Positions 45,650-55,545 of a stretch of DNA of 64,000 bases are shown in pieces (within the stretch, counting starts at the first letter, position 1; every line of letters starts with the position of its first letter). The position numbers and the translations under genes were made by a program. Location of the stretch: positions 280,426 to 344,425 of the forward strand of contig CAWFMK010000002.1 in NCBI GenBank assembly GCA_963816915.1, given 5' to 3'. Below the pieces are notes generated by a model. The model worked only from the letters and a program-made list of their open reading frames with translations. It ran no database searches and was not told the origin of the DNA. The stretch comes from an uncultured beta proteobacterium (GTDB taxonomy: Bacteria; Pseudomonadota; Gammaproteobacteria; Burkholderiales; Casimicrobiaceae).

Positions 45650-46441
45650 TCAGTCGATGCCTTTGTCCGTGCTGCGCTGCGTCAAATGACGGTCTTCCAG
45701 CCACCACAGTACGATGTAGGCGACGCCCACGAAAAGCAGCACGAATCCCGGCCAGTTCGCAGCGCTGTTCTCGACCGCCGAATACATCACGAACGAGAGT
45801 CCCACGGCGCCGAGCAGGACACCCTTGCGCAGATCGGACCACACGGCCCGCCGGCGGGTCGCCACCACCTGTTGGTATGCCGTCGCATCGGACGCCTTCG
45901 CGGCCGCGGAGGCGCCGGCTTCCGGCATCAGCCCGGAGCGCACGGCGTCGACCGCCTGCGAAGGCGCAACCACGCCGGTCTCGGCCAGCCGCAGCAGCGC
46001 TTCGTTCTGAAGCCGTGTCTTGCGCAGCTTGTACCAGACGATGCCGATGAGCAGGATCACCGGGGTTAGAAAGATCGACCCGACCACCAGGAAGATGAGG
46101 CCCACGATCCAGGGGGCGGTCTCCATCGCGTGCTTGAACGATTCGAAGTCGCGGTCCGAATCGATGCGTATGACCGCTCGGCCGCGATGATTGCGGCGAT
46201 CGTCGCCATCGGTGCTGCTGTCAGGGTCGTCCGCAGCAGCGACGACGAATGAGGGCGGGAACGCGGTGACTGTCAACGTGGTATCGGGGCCGCGGATTTC
46301 GGCATCGAGCTGCGCAGCCGGCGCCGGCGTCGCCGGAAGCAGCGCCGCGATGACGAGCAAAAGGAACAGCAGCCGAGCTGCGTCATCGCGCCAGGCCAGC
46401 GCTGTGATTCTGCCGTGCATGCAGATCTCCTTGGGGGTCAT
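45650..46441 (-). CDS. Multi-pass membrane protein, first gene of the ECF sigma operon
   Basis: N-terminal signal/TM and an internal TM pair (WIVGLIFLVVGSIFLTPVILLIGIVWY), followed by a C-terminal TM pair. 31-nt gap to the sigma gene. Unknown family. Confidence 0.55.
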   Translation of the reverse strand: MTPKEICMHGRITALAWRDDAARLLFLLLVIAALLPATPAPAAQLDAEIRGPDTTLTVTAFPPSFVVAAADDPDSSTDGDDRRNHRGRAVIRIDSDRDFESFKHAMETAPWIVGLIFLVVGSIFLTPVILLIGIVWYKLRKTRLQNEALLRLAETGVVAPSQAVDAVRSGLMPEAGASAAAKASDATAYQQVVATRRRAVWSDLRKGVLLGAVGLSFVMYSAVENSAANWPGFVLLFVGVAYIVLWWLEDRHLTQRSTDKGID

Positions 46442-46566
46442 GTGAGCTTAGATGCGCGGCGGGCGTAGCCGGATTCAGCCGGGACCGGCAGACAAGCCAG
46501 CGTGGCTCGCGAAGTGGCCCTCGACTCGCATGCTATCATTCGCGAGCCTCGGCAACACATGTTGCC

Positions 46567-48752
46567 ATGCCTATGAAAATACTGAGACTTCTGGTCCTTT
46601 TGGCCGCCTCTGTCACGCTGGCCGCGCCGGCCGCCGCCGCCGACGAGCCGGTCACGCTCAACTTCGTCAATGCCGACATCGACGCGGTCGTGCGCGCGGT
46701 CGCTGAGATGACCGGCCGTAACTTCGTCGTCGATCCCCGGGTCAAGGGCACGATCAACATCGTTTCGGCGCGACCGGTGCCGCGTTCGGCTGGTCTATCC
46801 GACGCTGCTCTCCGCGCTGCGCCTGCAGGGCTTCGCGGCGATCGAAGGCGAGGGCGTGACCAAGATCGTGCCGGAAGCCGACGCCAAGCAGCAGGGCTCG
46901 CCGGTCGTCACCGGAGGCGCGGCGGGCGGCGGCGATCGACTGGTGACGTCGGTCTATGCACTGAAGTACGAGTCGGCGACGCAACTGGTCAACGTGCTGC
47001 GCCCGCTGATCACGCCGAACAACGCGATCGCCGCCTTGCCGACCGCCAACGCGCTGGTGATCACCGATTACGCAGAGAACCTGAGGCGCATCGACAAGAT
47101 CATCGCCTCGCTGGATACCGCACCCGCGAGCGAGCCTGCGGTCGTGACGCTGCGTTACGCGTCGGCGCTCGATGTTGCACAGATGCTCAATCGGCTTCTG
47201 GTGGAATCGGGTCCGACCGGCGCCGCTCCCGATCCGCAGCAGCGCGTGACGCTGGTCGCCGATCCACGCTCGAACAGCGTGCTGGTGCGCGCCGAAAGTC
47301 CGGCGCGCGTCGCGCGCGTGCGCTCGCTGATCGAGCAGCTCGACACGCCCGGACGCGCCGGCGGCAACATGTTCATCATCTATCTCAAGAACGCCGAAGC
47401 GGTGCGCGTCGCGCGACGCTGCGCGCGCTGCTGGGCGGTGGAGGCGGAGGGGGCGATGCCACGTCAGGCGGCGGACTCTCGCCAGCGCCGGCGATGGGGA
47501 GCGCGTTGACCAGCGCTACTGGCGGCACAGGTGGTCGGCACCGATCGCAGCGCCCGCGCCGGCGTCGACATCGGCAGCGGATCGCACGTCCTTCACCGCA
47601 GGCAATGTGACCATCCAGGCCGATGCCGCGAACAATGCGCTGATCGTCATGGCGCCCGAGCCGCTCTACAACAACATCCGCGCCATCGTCGAAAAGCTCG
47701 ACAATCGGCGCGCGCAGGTCTTCGTCGAGGCGCTGATCGTCGAGGTCAGCGCCGACCGAGCCGCCGAGTTCGGCATCCAGTGGCAATACCTGCAGGGGGC
47801 GAACAGCACCAATTCGTACGTCGGCGGAGGCACCAACTTCGGTGTGCGCGGGTCCGGCAGCAACATCATCGACACTTCGCTCAACCTCGGCAGCGCCGGC
47901 AACGGCCTCAACCTCGGCATCATTCGCGGCTCGATCACCATCCCAGGTCTGGGCACGATCACCAATCTGGCGCTGCTGGTGCGCGCGTTGCAGGGCGACA
48001 ACACCGCGAACATCCTGTCCACGCCTAACCTGCTCATGCTCGACAACGAGGAAGCCAAGATCGTCGTCGGCCAGAACGTCCCGTTCATCACGGGACAGTA
48101 CGCGCAGACTGGATCGACGACGACGGTCACGCCGTTTCAGACCATCGAACGCAAGGACGTCGGGCTCACACTGCGCGTCAAGCCGCAGATCACCGAGGGA
48201 GGCACGGTGCGGCTGGCGATCTACGAGGAAGTCTCGCGCATACAGGACACGACGAATCCCGCCGGGATCATCACCAACAAGCGCTCGCTCGAATCGACCG
48301 TGCTCATCGACGACGGTCAGATCATCGTGCTCGGCGGCCTCATCCAGGACAGCCAGACGGATGGAACGCAGAAGCTTCCGTTCCTCGGCGACATCCCGGT
48401 CGCCGGCGCATTGTTTCGCTACGACACGCGATCACGCAGCAAGACCAACCTGATGGTGTTCCTGCGGCCCACCATCGTGCGCAGTCCGGCGCTGGGAGCG
48501 TCGCTCACCAACGATCGCTACGATTACGTCATCGGCGAGCAGCGCAGTATCAAGCCCGACACCAACCTGATTCCGCCCGTGCTGCCCAATCTGGACGATC
48601 CGCAAATGGCGCTCCCGCTGACGACGAAATCGCCACTGATGCCTCCGCCTTCGCAGGTGCCGCTGCCATGGTTCCTGCCGCTCACTCCTTCGTCACTCCA
48701 TCCGGTGATACCCGCGACGCCGCCCGCCGCGGAGCCGGCACCTCCGAAATAG
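46567..48752 (+). pseudogene. gspD: Type II secretion secretin GspD, reading frame interrupted three times
   Basis: GspD-collinear sequence is distributed over frames 1, 2, 1 and 0. N0 domain: EPVTLNFVNADIDAVVRAVAEMTGRNFVVDPRVKGTINIVSARPVPRS (frame of 46567). VYPTLLSALRLQGFAAIEGEGVTKIVPEADAK... (frame of 46856). ATLRALLGGGGG.. is back in the first frame. ...FTAGNVTIQADAANNALIV...secretin core...(frame of 47607) runs to TAG at 48750-48752. Switch points are at ~46785-46792, ~47409-47415 and ~47525-47540. Confidence 0.8.
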
Positions 48753-48851
48753 CACCCGTGGCCGCAGGCACCGCACCGGTCGCGCCACCGTCTGCTACCG
48801 CCGCCTTCCGCAGGCCAGCGTGTTCCGTACGCGTTTGCGCGCACGCACGGC

Positions 48852-50286
48852 GTGCTTCCGCTTGGCGACGAAGGCGACGCAGTGCTGGTGCTGGCGCGCT
48901 CCGACGCTTCGGTCGAGGGGATCGCCGAGCTCGGACGCGTCCTGCAACGACCGCTGAAGACGCAAACCGTCAACGCCGAGCGCTTCGCCGCCGAACTCGC
49001 GCGGGTCTACAACCAGGCGTCGGCGCCGGTGGCGCAGATCAGCGAGGACCTGTCGCGCGACGGCGATCTCGCGCGCCTGCTGCAGGACATTCCCAAGGCG
49101 GAGGATCTGCTCGGTGCGACCTCCGACGCGCCGGTCATCCGCATGATCAACGCGCTGCTCCTGCAGGCGTTGCGCGAGCGCGCCTCCGACATGCATTTCG
49201 AGCCGTACGAGGCGCGTTCGGTGGTGCGCTTTCGCGTCGACGGCGAGCTGCGCGACGTCATCGAGCCGCCGCGCGCGCTGCACGCCGCGCTGGTGTCGCG
49301 CCTCAAGGTGATGGCGAGCATGGACATCGCCGAGAAGCGGCTGCCGCAGGACGGCCGGATGGCGCTCAAGCTCGGCGACAAGAGCGTCGACGTGCGCGTG
49401 TCGACGTTGCCGACCGGCCCCGGCGAGCGCGTCGTGCTGCGCTTGCTCGACAAGGATTCGGCGCGGCTCGATCTCACCGCGCTGGGCATGAGCGACGACA
49501 CGCTGGCGACGATCGACGCGCTGATCCGCGAGCCGCATGGCATCGTGCTCGTCACCGGTCCGACCGGGTCGGGCAAGACGACGACGCTGTACGCGGCGAT
49601 GTCGCGCCTTGCCGCGCGGCACTCTCAACATCATGACGGTCGAGGATCCGATCGAGTTCGCGCTCGACGGCGTCGGCCAGACGCAGGTCAATCCGCGCAT
49701 CGAGCTCACGTTCGCGCGCGCGCTGCGCTCGATCCTGCGCCAGGATCCCGACATCATCATGATCGGAGAGATCCGCGATCTGGAAACCGCGCAGATCGCG
49801 GTGCAGGCGAGCCTGACCGGGCATCTCGTGCTGGCGACGCTGCACACCAACGACGCCGTCAGCGCGGTGACGCGCCTCGCCGACATGGGTGTCGAGCCCT
49901 ATCTTCTCGCGTCGAGCCTGCTCGGCGTGCTCGCCCAACGCCTGGTGCGCTGCCTGTGCCCGCACTGCCGCCGCGCAGCTTCCACCACGTCTGCCGAAGC
50001 GGCACTTTTGTCGCGACTCGGGTTGCCTGCGCAGCCCACGCTGTTCTCGCCGGGGGGCTGCGAGGCGTGCGGCGACTCCGGCTACCGAGGGCGCACCGGC
50101 GTCTACGAGCTGGTCAAGATCGACGAGGGACTGCGCCGTTTGATTCACGATCGCGCGGGCGAGCCGGTGCTGCGCGACGCGTGCACCCGCGCCGGTGTCC
50201 GCTCACTCGCCGGCGACGGCGCGCGCTGGCTTGCCGACGGAACGACGTCACTGGCCGAGCTTCTGCGCGTGAGCGGCGGCGCCTGA
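48852..50286 (+). pseudogene. gspE: Type II secretion ATPase GspE, frameshifted near 49611-49623; N-terminal start not resolvable
   Basis: Frame 0 carries ..PYAFARTHGVLPLGDEG..., Walker [19 protein letters not shown], then runs off. Frame 1 continues [11 protein letters not shown]..., [25 protein letters not shown] and the tetra-Cys CPHC..CEAC. In-frame GspE-like sequence extends upstream to ~48795, but no ATG/GTG/TTG lies between the gspD stop and 48852. Confidence 0.8.
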
Positions 50287-50365
50287 ACCTGCGCGTGGGC
50301 AAGCCGCCGAAGGCACACTCGCTCGAAGCGCCCTTTCTCAGCTTCCGGCACTGACGAGTCACCTG

Positions 50366-51568
50366 ATGGCAGGGTTTCGCTACGAAGCGGTCGACGCAGG
50401 AGGGCGTCCCCGCCGCGGTGTGGTCGATGCGGCCAGCGCGCGCGCAGTGCGCGATCAGTTGCGCGTCGACGGCCTGTTCCCCACGGCGGTGGAGCCCATC
50501 GCCTCGGCCGCGCATCGCCGCACCGAATCAACACATCTCGGCGCCGCTGCGCTGTCGTTGACGACCCGGCAGCTGGCGACGCTGGTTGCATCGGGCATGC
50601 CGCTCGATCAGGCGCTCGCCGCGGTCGCCGAGCAATCGGACCATCCGGTCGCGGCGCGCATGCTCGAGGCCATTCGAGAGCAGGTGTCTGCCGGCGAGCC
50701 GCTCGCCGCCGCGCTGTCGCGTTTCCCGCGCACGTTTAGCGAGCTCTACCGAGGTCTGGTTGCCGTCGGCAGCGAGACCGGACAGCTCGGCGGCGTTCTC
50801 TCGCGTCTCGCCGATTACCTGGAGTCGCGGCAGGCACTGCGCGCCAAGTTCACCGCGGCGCTCATCTACCCCGCGCTGATCACGGTCATCGCTCTCGCGG
50901 TCATCGCGACGCTGATGCTTTATGTGGTGCCGCAGATCGTCGCGGTGTATCAGCAAAGCAAGCAGACGCTGCCGCTGCTCACGCGCGCGCTGATCGCAAG
51001 CAGCGATTTTTTACGCGCAACCGGCTGGTACTGGCTCGGGGCAGCCATCGTCGCAGCGCTGGCGGCGGTATGGGCGCTGCGCCACGAGCGCCTGCGCGAG
51101 CGCTGGCAAGCGGCGCTGCTTCGCCTTCCGGTGGTCGGCCGGGTCCTGTCCGGACTCGACAGCGCGCGCTTCGCAAGTACGCTGGCCATTCTAACCGGCA
51201 GCGGAGCGCCCTTGCTGCGCGCTCTGGAGACCGCCGCAGGAGTGATCTGGGCGCGGCCCATACGGCGCGCGGCGCACTCGGCAGCGGCGCGCGTGCGCGA
51301 AGGCGTCACGTTGTCGCGCGCGCTCGCCAGCGAGCGCGTGTTCCCGCCACTGCTGGTGCACCTCGTCGCCAACGGCGAGCAAAGCGGCGAACTGCCGGCG
51401 ATGCTCTCGCGGGCCGCGAGGGAGCAGGAAAATGACGTCGAGCGCCGCTTGACCTGGCTGGCCGCGCTTCTTCAGCCACTGCTCATCGTCATTATGGGCG
51501 CCATCGTCCTCGTGCTTGTCCTCGCGGTGATGTTACCCATCGTCTCGATGAATCAGCTCATTCGCTGA
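50366..51568 (+). CDS. gspF: Type II secretion inner-membrane platform protein GspF (intact)
   Basis: 400 aa. MAGFRYEAVDAGGRPRRGVVDA.. N-terminus. Two GspF repeats (..LSRFPRTFSELYRGLVAVGSETGQL.. / ..VFPPLLVHLVANGEQSGELPAML..). Confidence 0.9.
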   Translation: MAGFRYEAVDAGGRPRRGVVDAASARAVRDQLRVDGLFPTAVEPIASAAHRRTESTHLGAAALSLTTRQLATLVASGMPLDQALAAVAEQSDHPVAARMLEAIREQVSAGEPLAAALSRFPRTFSELYRGLVAVGSETGQLGGVLSRLADYLESRQALRAKFTAALIYPALITVIALAVIATLMLYVVPQIVAVYQQSKQTLPLLTRALIASSDFLRATGWYWLGAAIVAALAAVWALRHERLRERWQAALLRLPVVGRVLSGLDSARFASTLAILTGSGAPLLRALETAAGVIWARPIRRAAHSAAARVREGVTLSRALASERVFPPLLVHLVANGEQSGELPAMLSRAAREQENDVERRLTWLAALLQPLLIVIMGAIVLVLVLAVMLPIVSMNQLIR

Positions 51569-51587
51569 GCCGTGCCCCCGGCGAGCG

Positions 51588-52682
51588 CTACGCCGCGAAC
51601 GCGCCGGCGCCTTTCGCGGCCTGCTGCTCGAGCGCCCACGCCACGTGCTCGCGCACCATCACCGAGGGATCGTCGCGGCGGGCCTCGAGTGCGCCGACGA
51701 TCTCGGCGTCGTAGCCCGCGTTACCAAGGCCGACCGCGAGATTGCGCAGCCATCGTTCGTGGCCGATGCGGCGAATCGCGCTTCCGCGCATGCGCTCCTC
51801 GAACTCGGAGGCGGACCACGCGAAAAGCGCCGTCAGACTCGCGTCGTCGAGTCCATTCCTCACGGCGAAATCGGGCGTGTCGGTGACGTGCGCATAGCGG
51901 TTCCAGGGGCAAACGAGCTGGCAATCATCGCAGCCGTAGACGCGATTGCCGATCAGCGAGCGCAGGTGCACCGGAATGCTGCCCTTGAGCTCGATGGTGA
52001 GATAGGAGATGCAGCGCCTGGCGTCCAGCTCGTAGGGCGCCACGATGGCGCCGGTCGGACACGCGTCGAGGCAGGCACGACAGGTGCCGCAGTGCGCGGT
52101 GGTCGGTGCCGTCAGCGGCAGGGCGAGGTCGGTATAGATCTCGCCCAGGAAGAAAAAAGACCCAGCGTCCCGATTGAGCAGCAGCGTATGCTTGCCGCGC
52201 CAACCCAGTCCGGACTTGTCGGCGAGCGCGACCTCCATCACTGGCGCGCTGTCCGTGAACACGCGGTAACGGAACGGGCCGACGGTCTGTTCCATGCGCT
52301 GCGCAAGGCGCTGGAGGCGATCGCGCAGCACTTTGTGGTAGTCGCGGCCGAGCGCGTAGCGCGAGACGTAAGCCTTGGATGAATCGGCAAGGACCTCGTC
52401 GGCGGCACGCGCACCCACGGGAAAATAATCGAGCCGCGCGGTGATGACCCGCAGCGTCCCGGGCACGAGCGCGTCCGGCCGGGCGCGGATCGCCGCATGT
52501 CGTGCCATATAATCCATGTCGCCGTGACGTCCGGCGTCGAGCCACGCGAGCAGGCGCGCCCCGTCGTCGGAGAGCTCGGTGTCCGCGATACCGATGTCGG
52601 CGAACCCGAGCTCGAGCGCCCAGGCACGAATATCATCCGCGAGCGTCGTCAGATCGGGCCCGTCGTGCGTTACTTCCCTCAT
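51588..52682 (-). CDS. queG: tRNA epoxyqueuosine(34) reductase QueG
   Basis: Two 4Fe-4S motifs (CGTCRACLDACPTGA; CDDCQLVCPWN), FFFLGEIYTD and C-terminal HEAT-like repeats. Divergent from tsaE, as in E. coli. Confidence 0.9.
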   Translation of the reverse strand: MREVTHDGPDLTTLADDIRAWALELGFADIGIADTELSDDGARLLAWLDAGRHGDMDYMARHAAIRARPDALVPGTLRVITARLDYFPVGARAADEVLADSSKAYVSRYALGRDYHKVLRDRLQRLAQRMEQTVGPFRYRVFTDSAPVMEVALADKSGLGWRGKHTLLLNRDAGSFFFLGEIYTDLALPLTAPTTAHCGTCRACLDACPTGAIVAPYELDARRCISYLTIELKGSIPVHLRSLIGNRVYGCDDCQLVCPWNRYAHVTDTPDFAVRNGLDDASLTALFAWSASEFEERMRGSAIRRIGHERWLRNLAVGLGNAGYDAEIVGALEARRDDPSVMVREHVAWALEQQAAKGAGAFAA

Positions 52683-52696
52683 CGCCGCGCGAAGCC

Positions 52697-53182
52697 TTGA
52701 CTATCGAACCGCCGATTATAGAAGAGCGAAGCGTGGCGCTCGCCGATGAAGCGTCAACGCTCGGGCTTGGGGCGAAGATCGCGCGCGGGTTGAGCGGTGG
52801 CATGGTGGTGACGCTCTCCGGCGAGCTGGGCGCTGGCAAGACCACACTCGTGCGTGGCGTGCTTCGCGCCTTGGGTTGGCGCGGACTGGTCAAGAGTCCC
52901 AGCTACACGTTGGTTGAACATTATGTCTTTTCGAGATTATACTTCTATCACTTTGATTTCTTTCGACTCACGGATGAACGTGAATGGGACAACCTGGGCT
53001 TCAGCGAGGATTTCAGGCCCGATTCCGTATGTGTGATCGAGTGGCCCGAACGCGTTGCGCAACGCCTGCGCCGCGTCGATCTCGCCCTGAACCTGACGAT
53101 CGCCGGCGCCTGTCGCATCGCGCGCATTGCCGCGCGCTCGGCGCAGGGTAGTGCATGTCTCGAGTGCATAGCGTTCGGCTAA
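52697..53182 (+). CDS. tsaE: tRNA t6A37 biosynthesis ATPase TsaE
   Basis: P-loop LSGELGAGKTTLVRGVL, SPSYTLVEHY, YHFDFFRL, EWPE. TTG start at 52697 (alternative GTG at 52733). Confidence 0.85.
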   Translation: MTIEPPIIEERSVALADEASTLGLGAKIARGLSGGMVVTLSGELGAGKTTLVRGVLRALGWRGLVKSPSYTLVEHYVFSRLYFYHFDFFRLTDEREWDNLGFSEDFRPDSVCVIEWPERVAQRLRRVDLALNLTIAGACRIARIAARSAQGSACLECIAFG

Positions 53183-54417
53183 GCGGAAGCGCACGGCGCC
53201 GTCGCCGCGCGCTCCAGTGCCTTTTGCTGCCGGCGCTGCAGTGCGTGCTGTCCGTGCCGCTGCGCGCCGCGACGATCGCTTCGGCTCGGCTGTGGCCTGC
53301 GCAGGAGTACACCAGGCTGATCCTCGAATCGCCCTCGCCCGTGCCGCACCAGATGCTGTCGATGCGCAATCCGCTGCGCCTGGTTCTCGATCTCGAGGAC
53401 GTCGACCTGAGCGGCGAGATCGAGCAGCTTCCTCGACTGGTCAACCCCGACGATCCGTACATCCAGGCGATTCGCATTGCGCGCTTCAAGCCTGGCGTGC
53501 TGCGCATCGTTCTCGACCTCAAGACCGATGTGAACCCGCAGTTGTTCGCGCTGCAGCCCTTCGGCCCGCATGGCAATCGCGTGGTGCTCGATTTGTATTC
53601 GCTCACGCCGCCCGATCCGTTGATGGCGCTGCTCGAAGGCGAGCGCGGGCGCGAGCGTGACCTGGCGCCGTCGGAGCCACTGGCGCCGACGGCGCCAAAG
53701 CTGCAGCGCAGACCGATCATCGTCGTCATCGATCCGGGCCACGGGGGCGAGGATCCCGGCGCGGTCGGCCGGCGCGGAACCCAGGAAAAGAACGTGACGC
53801 TCGCGATCGCACGTCGCCTTAAAGCGCTGATCGACAGCGAACCGGGCATGCGCGCCATGCTGACACGCGACGACGACTATTACGTTGCGCTCAATGCGCG
53901 CGTGCAAAAAGCGCGGCGGGTGCTAGCAGATTTGTTCATTTCCGTGCATGCCGATGCGTTTTCGACGCCCGCGGCGCGAGGCTCGTCGGTGTTCGCACTG
54001 TCAGAGCACGGCGCCACCAGCGCCGCGGCGCGCTGGCTGGCACAGCGCGAGAACGAAGCCGACCTGATCGGCGGAGTCAATCTCGACAGTCGAGAGCCGA
54101 TGCTGGCGCAGACGTTGCTCGATTTGTCGCAGACCGCCCAGATCAGCGACAGCCTGCGCGTGGGGCGATCGGTGCTCGAAGGGATAAGCTCGATCAACGC
54201 ATTGCACAAGGGCAGCGTCGAGCAGGCCGGATTCGCGGTGCTCAAGGCTCCGGATATCCCGTCGATACTCATCGAGACCGCGTTCATCTCGAACCCCGAA
54301 GAGGAGCTCAAGCTGAAGAGCGAGGCGCAGCAGCAACGCTTCGCTGAATCGATTCTCGGCGGCGTCAAGCGCTACTTCGCGATGAATCCTCCCTTGGCGC
54401 GCGCGCGCATCAGCTGA
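53155..54417 (+). CDS. amiC: N-acetylmuramoyl-L-alanine amidase (AMIN domain + Amidase_3), Tat-type signal
   Basis: SARRRRRAL twin-Arg signal. AMIN domain (RLWPAQEYTRLILES...LVLDLEDV). Catalytic domain IVVIDPGHGGEDPGA...FISVHADA...ILIETAFISNPEEE. Confidence 0.9.
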   Translation: MSRVHSVRLSGSARRRRRALQCLLLPALQCVLSVPLRAATIASARLWPAQEYTRLILESPSPVPHQMLSMRNPLRLVLDLEDVDLSGEIEQLPRLVNPDDPYIQAIRIARFKPGVLRIVLDLKTDVNPQLFALQPFGPHGNRVVLDLYSLTPPDPLMALLEGERGRERDLAPSEPLAPTAPKLQRRPIIVVIDPGHGGEDPGAVGRRGTQEKNVTLAIARRLKALIDSEPGMRAMLTRDDDYYVALNARVQKARRVLADLFISVHADAFSTPAARGSSVFALSEHGATSAAARWLAQRENEADLIGGVNLDSREPMLAQTLLDLSQTAQISDSLRVGRSVLEGISSINALHKGSVEQAGFAVLKAPDIPSILIETAFISNPEEELKLKSEAQQQRFAESILGGVKRYFAMNPPLARARIS

Positions 54418-54448
54418 AGTCGCGAGCCCTCGCGTACAATCCCGCCCG

Positions 54449-54943
54449 ATGGTTCGCTTTTTCGTCCTGTTCCTGCTGCTGCAGGGGGCGCTGTTCGGGC
54501 TGGAGCTGACGCCGTGGGCGCAGGAATGGTTCGTTGTTCCCTGGACGAACACGCTGGCTGCGATTTCGGCGGGCATCGTGAGGCTCTTCGACCCAGCGGT
54601 GATCGCGCAGGGCAAGGTCCTGCAAAGCGCACACAACGGCTTCGCGGTGTCGATCGAAGCAGGTTGCAACGGTGTCGAGGCGACCATCGTCCTGCTCGCA
54701 GCGATCCTCGCCTTTCCCGCACCGTGGAAGCGCAAACTGCTGGGGCTCGCGATCGGCATCGTCGCGGTCCAGGGTCTCAATATCGTGCGCGTGATCAGCC
54801 TGTTTTACCTTGGACAGTGGAACTTCAGCATGTTCGAATGGGCGCACCTTTACGTGTGGCAGGCGCTGATCATGCTCGACGTCATGGTCGTCTGGCTGCT
54901 GTGGGTGCGGACGCTGCCGAGAATGGCGCCAGCGATCGCCTAG
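54449..54943 (+). CDS. Minimal exosortase-family transpeptidase (164 aa; XrtH-like size class)
   Basis: A polytopic membrane protein carrying the three exosortase signature positions in order. Cys73 is in SIEAGCNGVEA (compare CSG), Asn111/Arg114 are in GLNIVRVISL (compare NxxRV), and His133 is in EWAHLYVW. Confidence 0.7.
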   Translation: MVRFFVLFLLLQGALFGLELTPWAQEWFVVPWTNTLAAISAGIVRLFDPAVIAQGKVLQSAHNGFAVSIEAGCNGVEATIVLLAAILAFPAPWKRKLLGLAIGIVAVQGLNIVRVISLFYLGQWNFSMFEWAHLYVWQALIMLDVMVVWLLWVRTLPRMAPAIA

Positions 54944-54957
54944 GCCCAAAGGCCGGA

Positions 54958-55539
54958 ATGGCGACGCGCTCGCTTCCATCCTTTCTCCTGCTAGTCGCCG
55001 CCTGGCTGGTCCCGACATTTTTCATCTGGTGGCTCGCGACGCCATTGCTTGCGTGGCCCGTTGCCGTGCTTTGCCGGATCGTGACCCGCATCGGATTCGG
55101 CGACCTCGTGCAAGGCATCGAGCAATCCGTGGAAATGATCACCTTCGTGACCAATCTGCGTGCACCGGGAACGCTGTCCGCAGCCGCGAAAGCCGTGCTC
55201 GAGGTCCCGAGCAACGTCCGCCTGTTCAGCTTTGGACTGCCGCTGTTTGCCGCGATGACGCTTGCCGTGCGCGAAGCACATCCATTGCGCAGGCTTGCGA
55301 TCGGCTACGCGGCCCTGGTGCCGGTGCAGACTTTCAGCGTGATCGCCGATTTCCTCAAGAATCTTGTGTCCGAGCCAGGTGTTGCGTCGCAGCTGGGTTA
55401 CGCGCCGTGGCAACGCGAGGTCGTGACCTTCTGCTACCAGTTCGGGACGTTGATCCTGCCCGCGGTGGCGCCAGCGATCGTGTGGGTGCTCCTGCACCGG
55501 CACTTTCTGGAAAACCTCTCGGAGCGCCACGAAGCCTAG
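54958..55539 (+). CDS. Exosortase-associated polytopic membrane protein (193 aa)
   Basis: ATG lies 15 nt after the exosortase stop. About 5 hydrophobic helices (SFLLLVAAWLVPTFFIWWLATPLLAWPVAVL..). The pairing resembles the exosortase H + associated membrane protein pairs (recalled from memory). Confidence 0.55.
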   Translation: MATRSLPSFLLLVAAWLVPTFFIWWLATPLLAWPVAVLCRIVTRIGFGDLVQGIEQSVEMITFVTNLRAPGTLSAAAKAVLEVPSNVRLFSFGLPLFAAMTLAVREAHPLRRLAIGYAALVPVQTFSVIADFLKNLVSEPGVASQLGYAPWQREVVTFCYQFGTLILPAVAPAIVWVLLHRHFLENLSERHEA

Positions 55540-55545
55540 CTTCGT

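Noticed and set aside
46780-49625. Programmed ribosomal frameshifting or transcriptional slippage as an explanation for the gspD/gspE frame changes.
   Set aside because: There is no X_XXY_YYZ slippery heptamer or long homopolymer at any of the four switch points. There are too many switches, in both directions. Pseudogenisation or local assembly error is more parsimonious.
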